Shown piece by piece: positions 10,263 through 18,989 of a stretch of DNA of 47,455 bases (its first letter is position 1; every line of letters starts with the position of its first letter). This DNA is from Gammaproteobacteria bacterium (GTDB taxonomy: Bacteria; Pseudomonadota; Gammaproteobacteria; Pseudomonadales; Azotimanducaceae): positions 1 to 47,455 of the forward strand of contig PAMO01000028.1 of assembly GCA_002707325.1 (NCBI GenBank), in the 5' to 3' direction. A program made the translations under genes and the position numbers. The notes under the pieces were generated by a model, which had not been told where the DNA came from, searched no databases, and saw only the letters and a list, made by a program, of their open reading frames with translations.

Positions 10263-12287
10263 TTGTTAGATAATCAAAAATATCCCGAGTTATCCCAATC
10301 GATTAAGTCCTTAAGGGGAGTAGGTCCAAGCCTCACTAAAACGCTAGGCAAGTTGGAAATTTTCACTATCGGTGATCTTCTTAAGCATTTACCTACTAGC
10401 TATGAGGATCGGTCTCATATAGTCCCAATTAAAGCTCTGGAGCTAGGACAGAATGCCCTAATAGAAGGGGAAATCGTAGATAGCCAGCTCGCATATGGAA
10501 AGAAACGCAGCCTCTTAATTACCGTTAGTGATAATACTGGTTACATCAAAATACGGTTTTTCCACTTCTCAAAAAACCAGCAGTCCGCACTAAAAATTGG
10601 AGCCCTCATTCGCGCCTTTGGTATTCCTCGCATTACGAAAAGCGGGTTCGAATTCGCTCATCCTGATTATCAGGTGCATATGGAAAAACCGCCGCCACCC
10701 TCAGATTCATTAACGCCTGTCTACGCTCTAACCAAAGGTGTTGGGCAGCGTCGCATGCGATCTCTTACCAAACAACTAGTTGAGATCACCTCAGCAAAGC
10801 AGGGTGTTGATTCCTATGAAACCATGCTTTACCTCCATCGCCCTCCGCAAAATGCAACCGATAATGACCTCAGGGAAGCCCAGGAAAAAATCGCGGCAGA
10901 TGAACTGACAGCCCATTACATAGCGATGAAACAACAACAAAGGATGTATCATAGCCTGCCTGCTATTCCGCTACCATCATCCATAAAGCTTGGACGGCTG
11001 CTGCTAAACCAACTCGGTTTCACCCTAACTAAAGCTCAACAACGTGTTTTGAGGGAGGTATTAGAGGACCTCGAGAAACCCATACCTATGCTTCGCTTAT
11101 TGCAAGGAGACGTTGGATCAGGGAAGACTATCATAGCGGCTTTCGCTGCTATTCGGGCGGCCGAACAAGGCAGACAGACTGCAATAATGGCTCCAACCGA
11201 AATCCTCGCGGAACAGCACTACCTGAATTTCTGCAATTGGTTAGAGCCTTTAGGGATTTCTGTGGAGCTGGTTACTGGTAAACAAAGAGCGCCCGTCAAG
11301 CGAAGAGTGGAGCAAGCTATAGCTAGCGGAACAGCGCTCGTTGCGATTGGAACTCATGCCATATTCCAAAAATCGATTTCCTTTAACAATCTATCTCTAA
11401 CCATCATCGATGAACAACATAGGTTTGGTGTACACCAACGAATGGCGCTACTAGAAAAAGGCGCCATTTCTCATCAACTAGTAATGACCGCAACGCCTAT
11501 TCCAAGAACATTAACGATGGTGCTTTACGGCAATATGGATGTTTCAGTTATCGATGAACAACCACCGGGACGCCAAAAAATAGACACCAGAGCGATCCCA
11601 TATGAACGGCGTGAACAGGTCATAAGTGCGATAAAAAGTGCCACTGATGGAGGACAGCAAGCATATTGGGTTTGCCCTTTAATCGCAGAATCAGACCAAT
11701 TGCAACTAGCAGCCGCGGAAACAACTGCTCAAATGCTATCGCAACATATAGGTGCGTCAAGCGTCTCTCTATTGCATGGCCGTATGACAAACACAGACAA
11801 AACAACCGTAATGCGTGCATTCAAAGATGGGAAAATTAAGCTACTTGTTGCTACGACCGTTATAGAAGTGGGCATGGATGTCCCGAACGCTACGATAATG
11901 GTAATAGAAAACCCTGAGCGAATGGGTCTTGCGCAATTGCATCAGCTAAGAGGTCGGGTCGGGCGAGGAGTTCTTCCTTCACACTGCATATTGCTTTACA
12001 AAAATCCACTTAGCGAAAAAGCTCGCGAAAGACTAGAGATCATGCGCACGAGCACAGATGGGTTCCATATAGCAGAAAAAGACCTGGAAATGCGGGGTCC
12101 CGGGGAGCTAGGCGGGACACGCCAAACTGGGGAACAACAATTTCGAGTGGCAGACCTGGCCAAACATGCCCATCTAATTCCCTCAATAATCACTAACGCT
12201 GAAGCGCTGATGAGATCTGATAAGCAAGCCGTTGATTTACTTCTTGAAACCTGGGGACCAAGATCCATTGAAACTCTAAAAGTCTGA
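10263..12287 (+). CDS. recG: ATP-dependent DNA helicase RecG
   Basis: N-terminal wedge region (SLRGVGPSLTKTLGKLEIFTIGDLLKHLPTSYEDR), Walker A GDVGSGKT, DEQHRFG and QLRGRVGRG. The track start 10194 overlaps ridA by 68 nt, so in-frame TTG 10263 just after the ridA stop is preferred. The start remains uncertain. Confidence 0.9.
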   Translation: MLDNQKYPELSQSIKSLRGVGPSLTKTLGKLEIFTIGDLLKHLPTSYEDRSHIVPIKALELGQNALIEGEIVDSQLAYGKKRSLLITVSDNTGYIKIRFFHFSKNQQSALKIGALIRAFGIPRITKSGFEFAHPDYQVHMEKPPPPSDSLTPVYALTKGVGQRRMRSLTKQLVEITSAKQGVDSYETMLYLHRPPQNATDNDLREAQEKIAADELTAHYIAMKQQQRMYHSLPAIPLPSSIKLGRLLLNQLGFTLTKAQQRVLREVLEDLEKPIPMLRLLQGDVGSGKTIIAAFAAIRAAEQGRQTAIMAPTEILAEQHYLNFCNWLEPLGISVELVTGKQRAPVKRRVEQAIASGTALVAIGTHAIFQKSISFNNLSLTIIDEQHRFGVHQRMALLEKGAISHQLVMTATPIPRTLTMVLYGNMDVSVIDEQPPGRQKIDTRAIPYERREQVISAIKSATDGGQQAYWVCPLIAESDQLQLAAAETTAQMLSQHIGASSVSLLHGRMTNTDKTTVMRAFKDGKIKLLVATTVIEVGMDVPNATIMVIENPERMGLAQLHQLRGRVGRGVLPSHCILLYKNPLSEKARERLEIMRTSTDGFHIAEKDLEMRGPGELGGTRQTGEQQFRVADLAKHAHLIPSIITNAEALMRSDKQAVDLLLETWGPRSIETLKV

Positions 12288-12301
12288 CCCATGGCCCAGT
12301 C

Positions 12302-13585
12302 TCACGAGACTACCCTATTGGCAAATGTGGTCCTATCCAGCTCGCCTTCGCTATGCGCTACCACTGATGCTACTGTTGCATCCCCAGCCACATTAACCGC
12401 CGTCCGCATCATATCTAAAAGCCGATCAACCCCAATTATGAACATAATTCCCTCGACAGGTAGGCCCACCTGATTAAAGACCATAACAAGCATTATCAGA
12501 CCAACGCCCGGCACACCCGCTGTCCCTATAGATGCTAACGTTGCCGTCAGAATTACCATGAGATAGTCTGAGGCACCTAGGTCTATCCCGTACAGTTGCG
12601 CTACAAATACCGTGGCAACACCCTGCATAATAGCAGTGCCATCCATATTTATAGTGGCACCTAGCGGTATAACAAACGATGAGACCTCATTACTAATTCC
12701 AATTTTTTCTTTTACAGTCCTTAAAGTCACAGGGATCGTGGCTCCACTAGAGGACGTGCTGAAAGCTACCAGAATCGCTTCCCTTAATTTTCTAAAAAAT
12801 ATTATAGGGTTTAGCTTTGCCAAGAAAGTTAATAGCATCGGATACGTAAGGCCTGCATGCAACGCTAACACAACTACGACAGTGCCAAAATACAGGATCA
12901 ATTTCGCTATTTCTTCCCAGCCTAAGGTAGTGAATAAACGGCCCATCAAACAAAATACGCCAATAGGTGCAAGCTCGATAAGCAGCGTGATTAGCTTCAT
13001 CATTACCGCATTAAGAGCGGAAAAGATGCCTTTAACTTTCAAGCCTGCATCCCCAGTTTTTGATATTGCTACACCGAGCAGCAAGGCAAACAAAATTATC
13101 TGTAGCATATTCCCATCAGCCATCGCTGCCACGGGATTGGTTGGGAAAATATTTATAAGCGTATCTTTGACCGGCTCCGGTGCTTTGACTACATAATCTA
13201 CCGAATCTCCCAGCCCTGTTGGGCCATTGTGATCTGACAAGCCCTTTCCAGGATCGATCACAGAGGCAATACCAAGCGCTAGGCCTATAGCAAGAGCGGT
13301 AGTCAAAAGGTAAAGTCCTACGGTCTTTCCTGCAACCCTCCCCATATTACCCGAGCTTCCAAGTTCTGATGAGCCAAAAACCAGTGAAATAAATACCAAA
13401 GGCACGACCAATAACTGTAGCGACCGCATGAAAATCTGGCCGCCCGCATCCAACAAGCCATCAGCCAAAAAAGCTCGAACCCAATGCTCAGGGGCAACCC
13501 CGCTCCACTGCACCAGGAACCCGAATAGCACGCCAGCCAACATCCCTATTAGGATCCGACTAGTGAGGCTCATAGTAATTCCCAT
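12302..13585 (-). CDS. Dicarboxylate/amino acid:cation symporter (DAACS / SLC1 family)
   Basis: 427 aa polytopic membrane protein with family-typical segments (AFSTSSSGATIPV, GATINMDGTA, DRLLDMMRTAVNVAGD). The start may be the second Met at 13573. Confidence 0.85.
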   Translation of the reverse strand: MGITMSLTSRILIGMLAGVLFGFLVQWSGVAPEHWVRAFLADGLLDAGGQIFMRSLQLLVVPLVFISLVFGSSELGSSGNMGRVAGKTVGLYLLTTALAIGLALGIASVIDPGKGLSDHNGPTGLGDSVDYVVKAPEPVKDTLINIFPTNPVAAMADGNMLQIILFALLLGVAISKTGDAGLKVKGIFSALNAVMMKLITLLIELAPIGVFCLMGRLFTTLGWEEIAKLILYFGTVVVVLALHAGLTYPMLLTFLAKLNPIIFFRKLREAILVAFSTSSSGATIPVTLRTVKEKIGISNEVSSFVIPLGATINMDGTAIMQGVATVFVAQLYGIDLGASDYLMVILTATLASIGTAGVPGVGLIMLVMVFNQVGLPVEGIMFIIGVDRLLDMMRTAVNVAGDATVASVVAHSEGELDRTTFANRVVS

Positions 13586-13621
13586 GAAACCGGTTGCAAC
13601 ATCCGGCTAGCTAACAATTAG

Positions 13622-13789
13622 CTACCCAACCTCAATCATTTCGAAGTCGTCTTTACCTACTCCGCACTCTGGGCAAACGAAATCTTCGTCCACATCTTCC
13701 CATTTGGTACAAGGAGCAATATCTTCATCTTCATAGCCTTCGGCTTCATCATAAATCCAGCCGCAAACGATACATTGCCATTTTCGCAT
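13622..13789 (-). CDS. Rubredoxin (55 aa; not in the supplied ORF track because it is under 60 aa)
   Basis: My translation of the minus strand is MRKWQCIVCGWIYDEAEGYEDEDIAPCTKWEDVDEDFVCPECGVGKDDFEMIEVG, ending at TAG. It has two CxxCG knuckles (CIVCG, CPECG) plus the conserved W/Y/F aromatic core of rubredoxins. Confidence 0.85.
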   Translation of the reverse strand: MRKWQCIVCGWIYDEAEGYEDEDIAPCTKWEDVDEDFVCPECGVGKDDFEMIEVG

Positions 13790-13922
13790 TATATTAAGCG
13801 TCCAACTACAACAAGGCGCGCTAAATTACTCATCCAGAGACAAAAAAGCAACTTTCCAGGCTGCATCAATAGGCTTAAGCAGGATAAAATCCTGGAATTC
13901 AGAAGAAAAAGGTCCGAGCTAG

Positions 13923-14801
13923 TTGATCGCAAAACAGTTAAAGCCGTATTACCGACTGATGAGGTTTCAAAAGCCTGTTGGCACTTTGCTATTGCTTTGG
14001 CCGACGCTCGCCGCACTATGGGCAGCCTCAGAGGGATTACCTCCATGGACTCTGGTAATCGTCTTTAGCTTAGGCGCATGCTTTATGCGCGCCGCGGGCT
14101 GCGTGATTAATGACTACGCTGACCGAGATTTTGATGGGGCTGTCGCTCGGACTAACCAACGGCCTCTAGCTACTGGCGAGATTACTGGAAAACAAGCGCT
14201 AATTTGTTTCGCGATACTCATTATCTTGGCGGCCAGCCTGCTATTTTTTTTAAATGATTTTACAAGGCTGCTTGCAATTGGGGGCGTATTTATTGCGATC
14301 GCCTATCCCTTCATGAAGCGTTGGACACATTTGCCGCAACTTGTTCTTGGGATAGCCTTCAGCTGGGGTATTGTAATGGCCTTTGCTTCCGTTCGCGAAA
14401 CCATCCCCGCGAGCGGATGGATAATGTTTGTAGCAAGTTTCGTGTGGATTACTGCTTACGACACCATCTATGCCATGGTCGACCGACAAGATGATCTCAA
14501 AGTTGGCATCAAATCAACGGCAATATTATTCGGGTCAGCGGATAAAATCATCATCGCCATACTCCAACTATTATTCCTACTTCTCTTGTTATTGCTGGGA
14601 GTAACCTTGGACTATGGGTGGGCCTATCATATTGGACTTGGTATAGCAGCAAGCTGCTTAATATATCAGCAATGGTTGATTCGAAAACGGCAGCCCATGA
14701 TGTGCTTCCAGGCTTTTGCAAATAATGTTTGGGTTGGTTTTGCAATTTTTTCTGGCATCGTTCTTGAGACCAGCAGTTTTGACTGGCTACATAGTTTTTA
14801 G
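13923..14801 (+). CDS. ubiA: 4-hydroxybenzoate polyprenyltransferase
   Basis: 292 aa. [20 protein letters not shown] parallels E. coli UbiA ([20 protein letters not shown]). Asp-rich motifs NDYADRDFD and YAMVDRQDD are present. TTG start. Confidence 0.9.
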   Translation: [292 protein letters not shown]

Positions 14802-14811
14802 CGGAGCTGTC

Positions 14812-15300
14812 ATGATTTTAATAATCTCTAGATTTATAACATTGTTGGGACAAACGATAGCATGGCTTAACCCCCTCATGGCTAGCCTCGTAGTGGTTGT
14901 GGTGACGCTTCGATACCTTTTTGATACTGGCTCTTTGCTGCTGCAGGAGTCTGTGATTTATCTTCATGGAGCAGTGGTTATGCTAGGAATATCTTATGCT
15001 CTCCAAAATAAATCGCACGTGAGAGTCGATATCGTTTTCTCGCGCTGGAGTAAAAAAACCCAAGCGACTGTTGATCTAGTAGGCCATTTGATATTTCTAA
15101 TGCCTTTTTCTCTATGTGTTTTGGTTTTCAGCTGGGAGTACGTCCTAGCTTCTTGGCAAATTAGAGAGGGCTCCCAGGAAGTTGGAGGATTACAAGCCGT
15201 CTTTGCATTGAAAACACTGATACCTGCAATGGCTATTACCCTTTTAATCCAGGGTCTAGCAGAATCATTGACATGTATTCGCATCATAAAGGGAAATTAG
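14812..15300 (+). CDS. TRAP transporter small permease subunit (DctQ-like)
   Basis: About 160 aa and four hydrophobic helices, immediately upstream of a DctM-type gene. ATG 14812 lies 10 nt after the ubiA stop; the track start 14716 overlaps ubiA. Confidence 0.75.
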   Translation: MILIISRFITLLGQTIAWLNPLMASLVVVVVTLRYLFDTGSLLLQESVIYLHGAVVMLGISYALQNKSHVRVDIVFSRWSKKTQATVDLVGHLIFLMPFSLCVLVFSWEYVLASWQIREGSQEVGGLQAVFALKTLIPAMAITLLIQGLAESLTCIRIIKGN

Positions 15301-15303
15301 CAA

Positions 15304-16674
15304 GTGCTTGAACTAATACCTATGTTTATGTTTCTTGCTGTTTTCGCCGTTTTAATTAGTGGCTACTCAGTTGCGCTATCTTTAGCGGGTGTAGCACTCC
15401 TTTTCGCAATCGCTGGTAATTTTTTTGGGATCTTTGATATCCAAGATCTCGGATTCATCCCTGGCAGATTGTTCGGCATTATTACAAATCAGACATTAAT
15501 TGCGGTACCCCTCTTCGTACTCATGGGGGTTGTTCTTGAAAAAACCGAGATTGCTGGTCGGCTATTGAGAAGCCTCTCAGCACTAATGGGACATTTACCT
15601 GGTGGTCTGGCGCTCGCCGTAATTATTGTTGGAATGTTGATGGCAGCTAGCACAGGAATAGTTGGGGCTACGGTTGTCACTATGGGCCTTCTTTCGCTAC
15701 CTACAATGCTTGAGCAACGCTACGACCATCGATTTGCGACGGGTACTATAGCGGCAACAGGAACCCTGGGCCAACTGATACCGCCCTCAATTGCTTTAGT
15801 CTTACTCGGCGATGTAATGTCCAACGCTTACCAGCGCGCGCAGCTCGAACAAGGCATTTTTGTTCCTGATACAGTCAGCGTAGGTGACCTTTTCGCAGGG
15901 GCCCTAGTGCCTGGCTTAATCTTAGTGGGGCTATATTTGGCTTACGTGATGTGCACATCCTCATATTGGCCTTCTCGAGCGCCTCGTCGGGAGCTTGATC
16001 AAGTAAAGCCCAGCCTTCGCAGGTTGGCGAGTGATGCTTTCGCACCCCTCCTATTAATCATCCTAGTGCTGGGCTCAATACTAGGAGGTTACGCTACCCC
16101 TACCGAAGCTGCAGGTGTTGGTGCCGCAGGATCGATTTTACTGGCGTGGACAAGCAATAGACTAGATCGAAGAGTTATAAAAGAGGCTAGCCAAACTACA
16201 GTTAATACTACAGCTATGGTGTTCTTCATTATTATCGGTGCCTCCATATTCTCTCTCGTTTTTCGCGGCTACGGAGGTGATGAATTGGTTCACAGCTGGT
16301 TCGAACATATGCCTGGTGGGATATGGGGAGCTTTCAGTATCGTTATGTTAGCGATCTTCCTTTTAGGCTTCGTCTTAGATTTCATCGAAATCACATTCCT
16401 CGTGGTACCGATTGTAGGCCCCATTTTACTTGGTCTCGGTATCGATCCAATATGGCTAGGGGTGATGATCGCCGTGAATCTGCAAACCTCGTTTTTGACT
16501 CCGCCATTTGGTTTCGCGTTATTCTATCTGAGAGGTGTAGCCCCAAACTCTATATCTACTCAAGATATTTACCGCGGTGTGGTCCCTTATATTGGCCTAC
16601 AATTGCTATTAATTGGCATGCTGGTAGCTTGGCCCAATCTCGCCACCTGGCTCCCCGAGCTTATTAAAGGATAA
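15304..16674 (+). CDS. TRAP transporter large permease subunit (DctM-like)
   Basis: 456 aa polytopic membrane protein with DctM-family stretches (LIAVPLFVLMG, GIVGATVVTMG, FLTPPFGFALFYLRGVAP). Starts 3 nt after the small-subunit stop. Confidence 0.88.
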   Translation: MLELIPMFMFLAVFAVLISGYSVALSLAGVALLFAIAGNFFGIFDIQDLGFIPGRLFGIITNQTLIAVPLFVLMGVVLEKTEIAGRLLRSLSALMGHLPGGLALAVIIVGMLMAASTGIVGATVVTMGLLSLPTMLEQRYDHRFATGTIAATGTLGQLIPPSIALVLLGDVMSNAYQRAQLEQGIFVPDTVSVGDLFAGALVPGLILVGLYLAYVMCTSSYWPSRAPRRELDQVKPSLRRLASDAFAPLLLIILVLGSILGGYATPTEAAGVGAAGSILLAWTSNRLDRRVIKEASQTTVNTTAMVFFIIIGASIFSLVFRGYGGDELVHSWFEHMPGGIWGAFSIVMLAIFLLGFVLDFIEITFLVVPIVGPILLGLGIDPIWLGVMIAVNLQTSFLTPPFGFALFYLRGVAPNSISTQDIYRGVVPYIGLQLLLIGMLVAWPNLATWLPELIKG

Positions 16675-16677
16675 ATA

Positions 16678-17844
16678 ATGATCACCGCTTTGACCGGTCT
16701 AAGTATCTGGGATGGCCAAGCAGCCAGCAACGCTGACTGCATTGTCTTTGAGAACTCGAAAATTAAATCAATCTGCAGCCTCGAAGACGTTCCTCGCCAA
16801 GCAAAGACTATTTCCTGTGGCGGAGCCACTGCATTACCTGGGCTCATGGACGCCCATGTCCACATGGAACTTGACCCCAATCACAAAACAGCGCCGAAAA
16901 AAACTGATCCAAAACAAACCGGGCCTATGCGCATACGGGCTGGCCAAATGGTAAAGGCCGGAATAACGACTGCCAGGGATCTCGGTGGTGGAGCATGGCT
17001 AGAGATTGACCTGCGCAATCAGATCAATTCCGGTGATATCTTAGGGCCAAGGCTGTTATGTGCCGGCCAACCAATAACGTCCATCAAGGGACATTGCCAC
17101 TTTTGGGGAGGGGAGGCCGGCGACCTGGAGGAGGCAATAAAAGTTTTACACCGCCAAATAGATCATGGTGCGGACTTAATTAAAATCATGGCTACCGGAG
17201 GAAGAATGACGACTGGATCCTCTCCTAAGGAGACCCAGTTCGATCTGGTGACGATGGCCAATCTAGTCATGGAGGCCGAAAGGAATAATCTTAGCGTAGC
17301 AGCCCATTGCCATGGAACGGCAGGAATAGAGCTAGCAGCTAAGGCTGGCGTCCACACTATAGAGCACTGTTCTTGGGTAGGCCGGGATGGCTGGGGGAGT
17401 GATTTCCAACTTGATATTGCGCAGATCGTAGCAGCCCAAGGAGCATGGGTATCCCCAACAATTAACCGCGGTTGGCAAAGAATGTTAGATAACAAAAACC
17501 AAACCTTGGTCAATCGCTTAAGGGGTATTTACCAGTCAATGGACGAGATGGGTATACCATTTATAGCTTCAACGGATGCGGGTATCCCAGGAGTCTTCCA
17601 TCACCATCTCCCCGAAGCACTTAACGTATTTTCAAAAATTGCCGGTCTTAGCGAAGAACGGACGCTTAAAACAGCGACCTCCTCTGCAGCTTCCGCTCTC
17701 GGGTTAGGTGGTATTACCGGACAGCTCAAGCCAGGGCTAGATGCTGACATTTTACTGGTCGACGGAGATCCACTGGAAAACCTTAACGCTTTAACACGGC
17801 CAATAGGCGTATGGTCTAGAGGGATTGCTGCTCGGTTACCATAA
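16678..17844 (+). CDS. Metal-dependent amidohydrolase superfamily protein
   Basis: 388 aa. HxH motif (LMDAHVHME), later His/Asp ligand contexts (AAHCHGTAG, IEHCSW, STDAG) and a C-terminal ADILLVDGDPLENL, typical of imidazolonepropionase/prolidase-like amidohydrolases. Starts 3 nt after the dctM stop. Confidence 0.8.
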   Translation: MITALTGLSIWDGQAASNADCIVFENSKIKSICSLEDVPRQAKTISCGGATALPGLMDAHVHMELDPNHKTAPKKTDPKQTGPMRIRAGQMVKAGITTARDLGGGAWLEIDLRNQINSGDILGPRLLCAGQPITSIKGHCHFWGGEAGDLEEAIKVLHRQIDHGADLIKIMATGGRMTTGSSPKETQFDLVTMANLVMEAERNNLSVAAHCHGTAGIELAAKAGVHTIEHCSWVGRDGWGSDFQLDIAQIVAAQGAWVSPTINRGWQRMLDNKNQTLVNRLRGIYQSMDEMGIPFIASTDAGIPGVFHHHLPEALNVFSKIAGLSEERTLKTATSSAASALGLGGITGQLKPGLDADILLVDGDPLENLNALTRPIGVWSRGIAARLP

Positions 17845-17857
17845 ATCAGGCATACTT

Positions 17858-18961
17858 TTAGTCCCTAGCTTCCAAATAAGCTTTCTCAGAAAGCTCATGG
17901 TAGGTCCGACTGCGCTTAAGAAATTCTGTATAAGATTTATGGATACGCATCGCTAAATCCGTCCCCTTACCTGCTTCTTCAACAACATCATGGGAAATCT
18001 CCCTTAAACGGCGTACGACATCTGCTGGTAATTCTCTGATCTGAACCCCGTGATCATCTACTAGCGTTTGCAAAGAGGCTGCATTCTTCGCCGTAAGCTC
18101 ATCAAGCAGATCAGCGTTGACCGCTCTACTAGCTGACTCTAGGATAGCTTTGAGATCATCTGGCAAAGTATCCCAAGCGTCCTTGTTAACTAGGGCCTCA
18201 AGCGTCGTCCCTGGCTCGTGCCAACCTGGAAAATAATAGTAGCTAGCAACAGTTTGCAGCCCCAAAGCCAAATCGTTAAACGGGCTGACCCACTCAACCG
18301 CATCAATAACTCCGGTTTGAAGCGATGTATAGACCTCAGAACCCGGCAAGGTCACCGGCACGCCCCCAGCCCTTTTGAGCACCTCCCCACCTAGCCCAGG
18401 TATACGCATTTTCAATCCTTTTAAATCCTCAACAGAGTTTATCTCTTTGTTGAACCAACCCGCCATTTGCACACCGCTATTCCCAGCTGCAAATGGTATT
18501 AGGTCGAATGGGGCGTAAAGTTCTTGCCACAATTGTAAGCCCCCACCGTAATGCAGCCACGCATTCATTTCTTGGGCTGTCATCCCAAAGGGGACCGTCG
18601 AAAACATCGCTGCGGCTGGCAATTCCCCCCGCCAATAATAGGCTGAGCCATGGCCCATTTCAGCAACCCCCTGAGAGACCGCATCAAAAACCTCAAAGGC
18701 AGGTATCAACTCCCCAGCCCCATAAACCTTAATATTGAGACGCCCATTACTCATGCGCTTGACTCTATCAGCTAAACGTTCTGGGGCCATACCAAGACCC
18801 GGTAGATTTTTCGGCCAAGTAGTTAGCAACTTCCAGTGAAAGACCTGGGCGGTGTTATCTACTGGTGGCGATTCAGTTTCAATGGCTTTTTGACTACACC
18901 CCCCGGCGAAAAAAAATGCTATTAATAACCCAAAACCGAATATTTTTTCTCGCCACAACAT
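17858..18961 (-). CDS. TRAP transporter periplasmic solute-binding protein (DctP family, mannitol/chloroaromatic-type subfamily)
   Basis: 367 aa. Signal/lipobox-like N-terminus (LLIAFFFAGGCSQ) and family-typical WKLLTTWPKNLPGLG. Convergent with the permease operon. Confidence 0.8.
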   Translation of the reverse strand: MLWREKIFGFGLLIAFFFAGGCSQKAIETESPPVDNTAQVFHWKLLTTWPKNLPGLGMAPERLADRVKRMSNGRLNIKVYGAGELIPAFEVFDAVSQGVAEMGHGSAYYWRGELPAAAMFSTVPFGMTAQEMNAWLHYGGGLQLWQELYAPFDLIPFAAGNSGVQMAGWFNKEINSVEDLKGLKMRIPGLGGEVLKRAGGVPVTLPGSEVYTSLQTGVIDAVEWVSPFNDLALGLQTVASYYYFPGWHEPGTTLEALVNKDAWDTLPDDLKAILESASRAVNADLLDELTAKNAASLQTLVDDHGVQIRELPADVVRRLREISHDVVEEAGKGTDLAMRIHKSYTEFLKRSRTYHELSEKAYLEARD

Positions 18962-18989
18962 CTTTAATCCTTACCTCAACAATAAAAAG

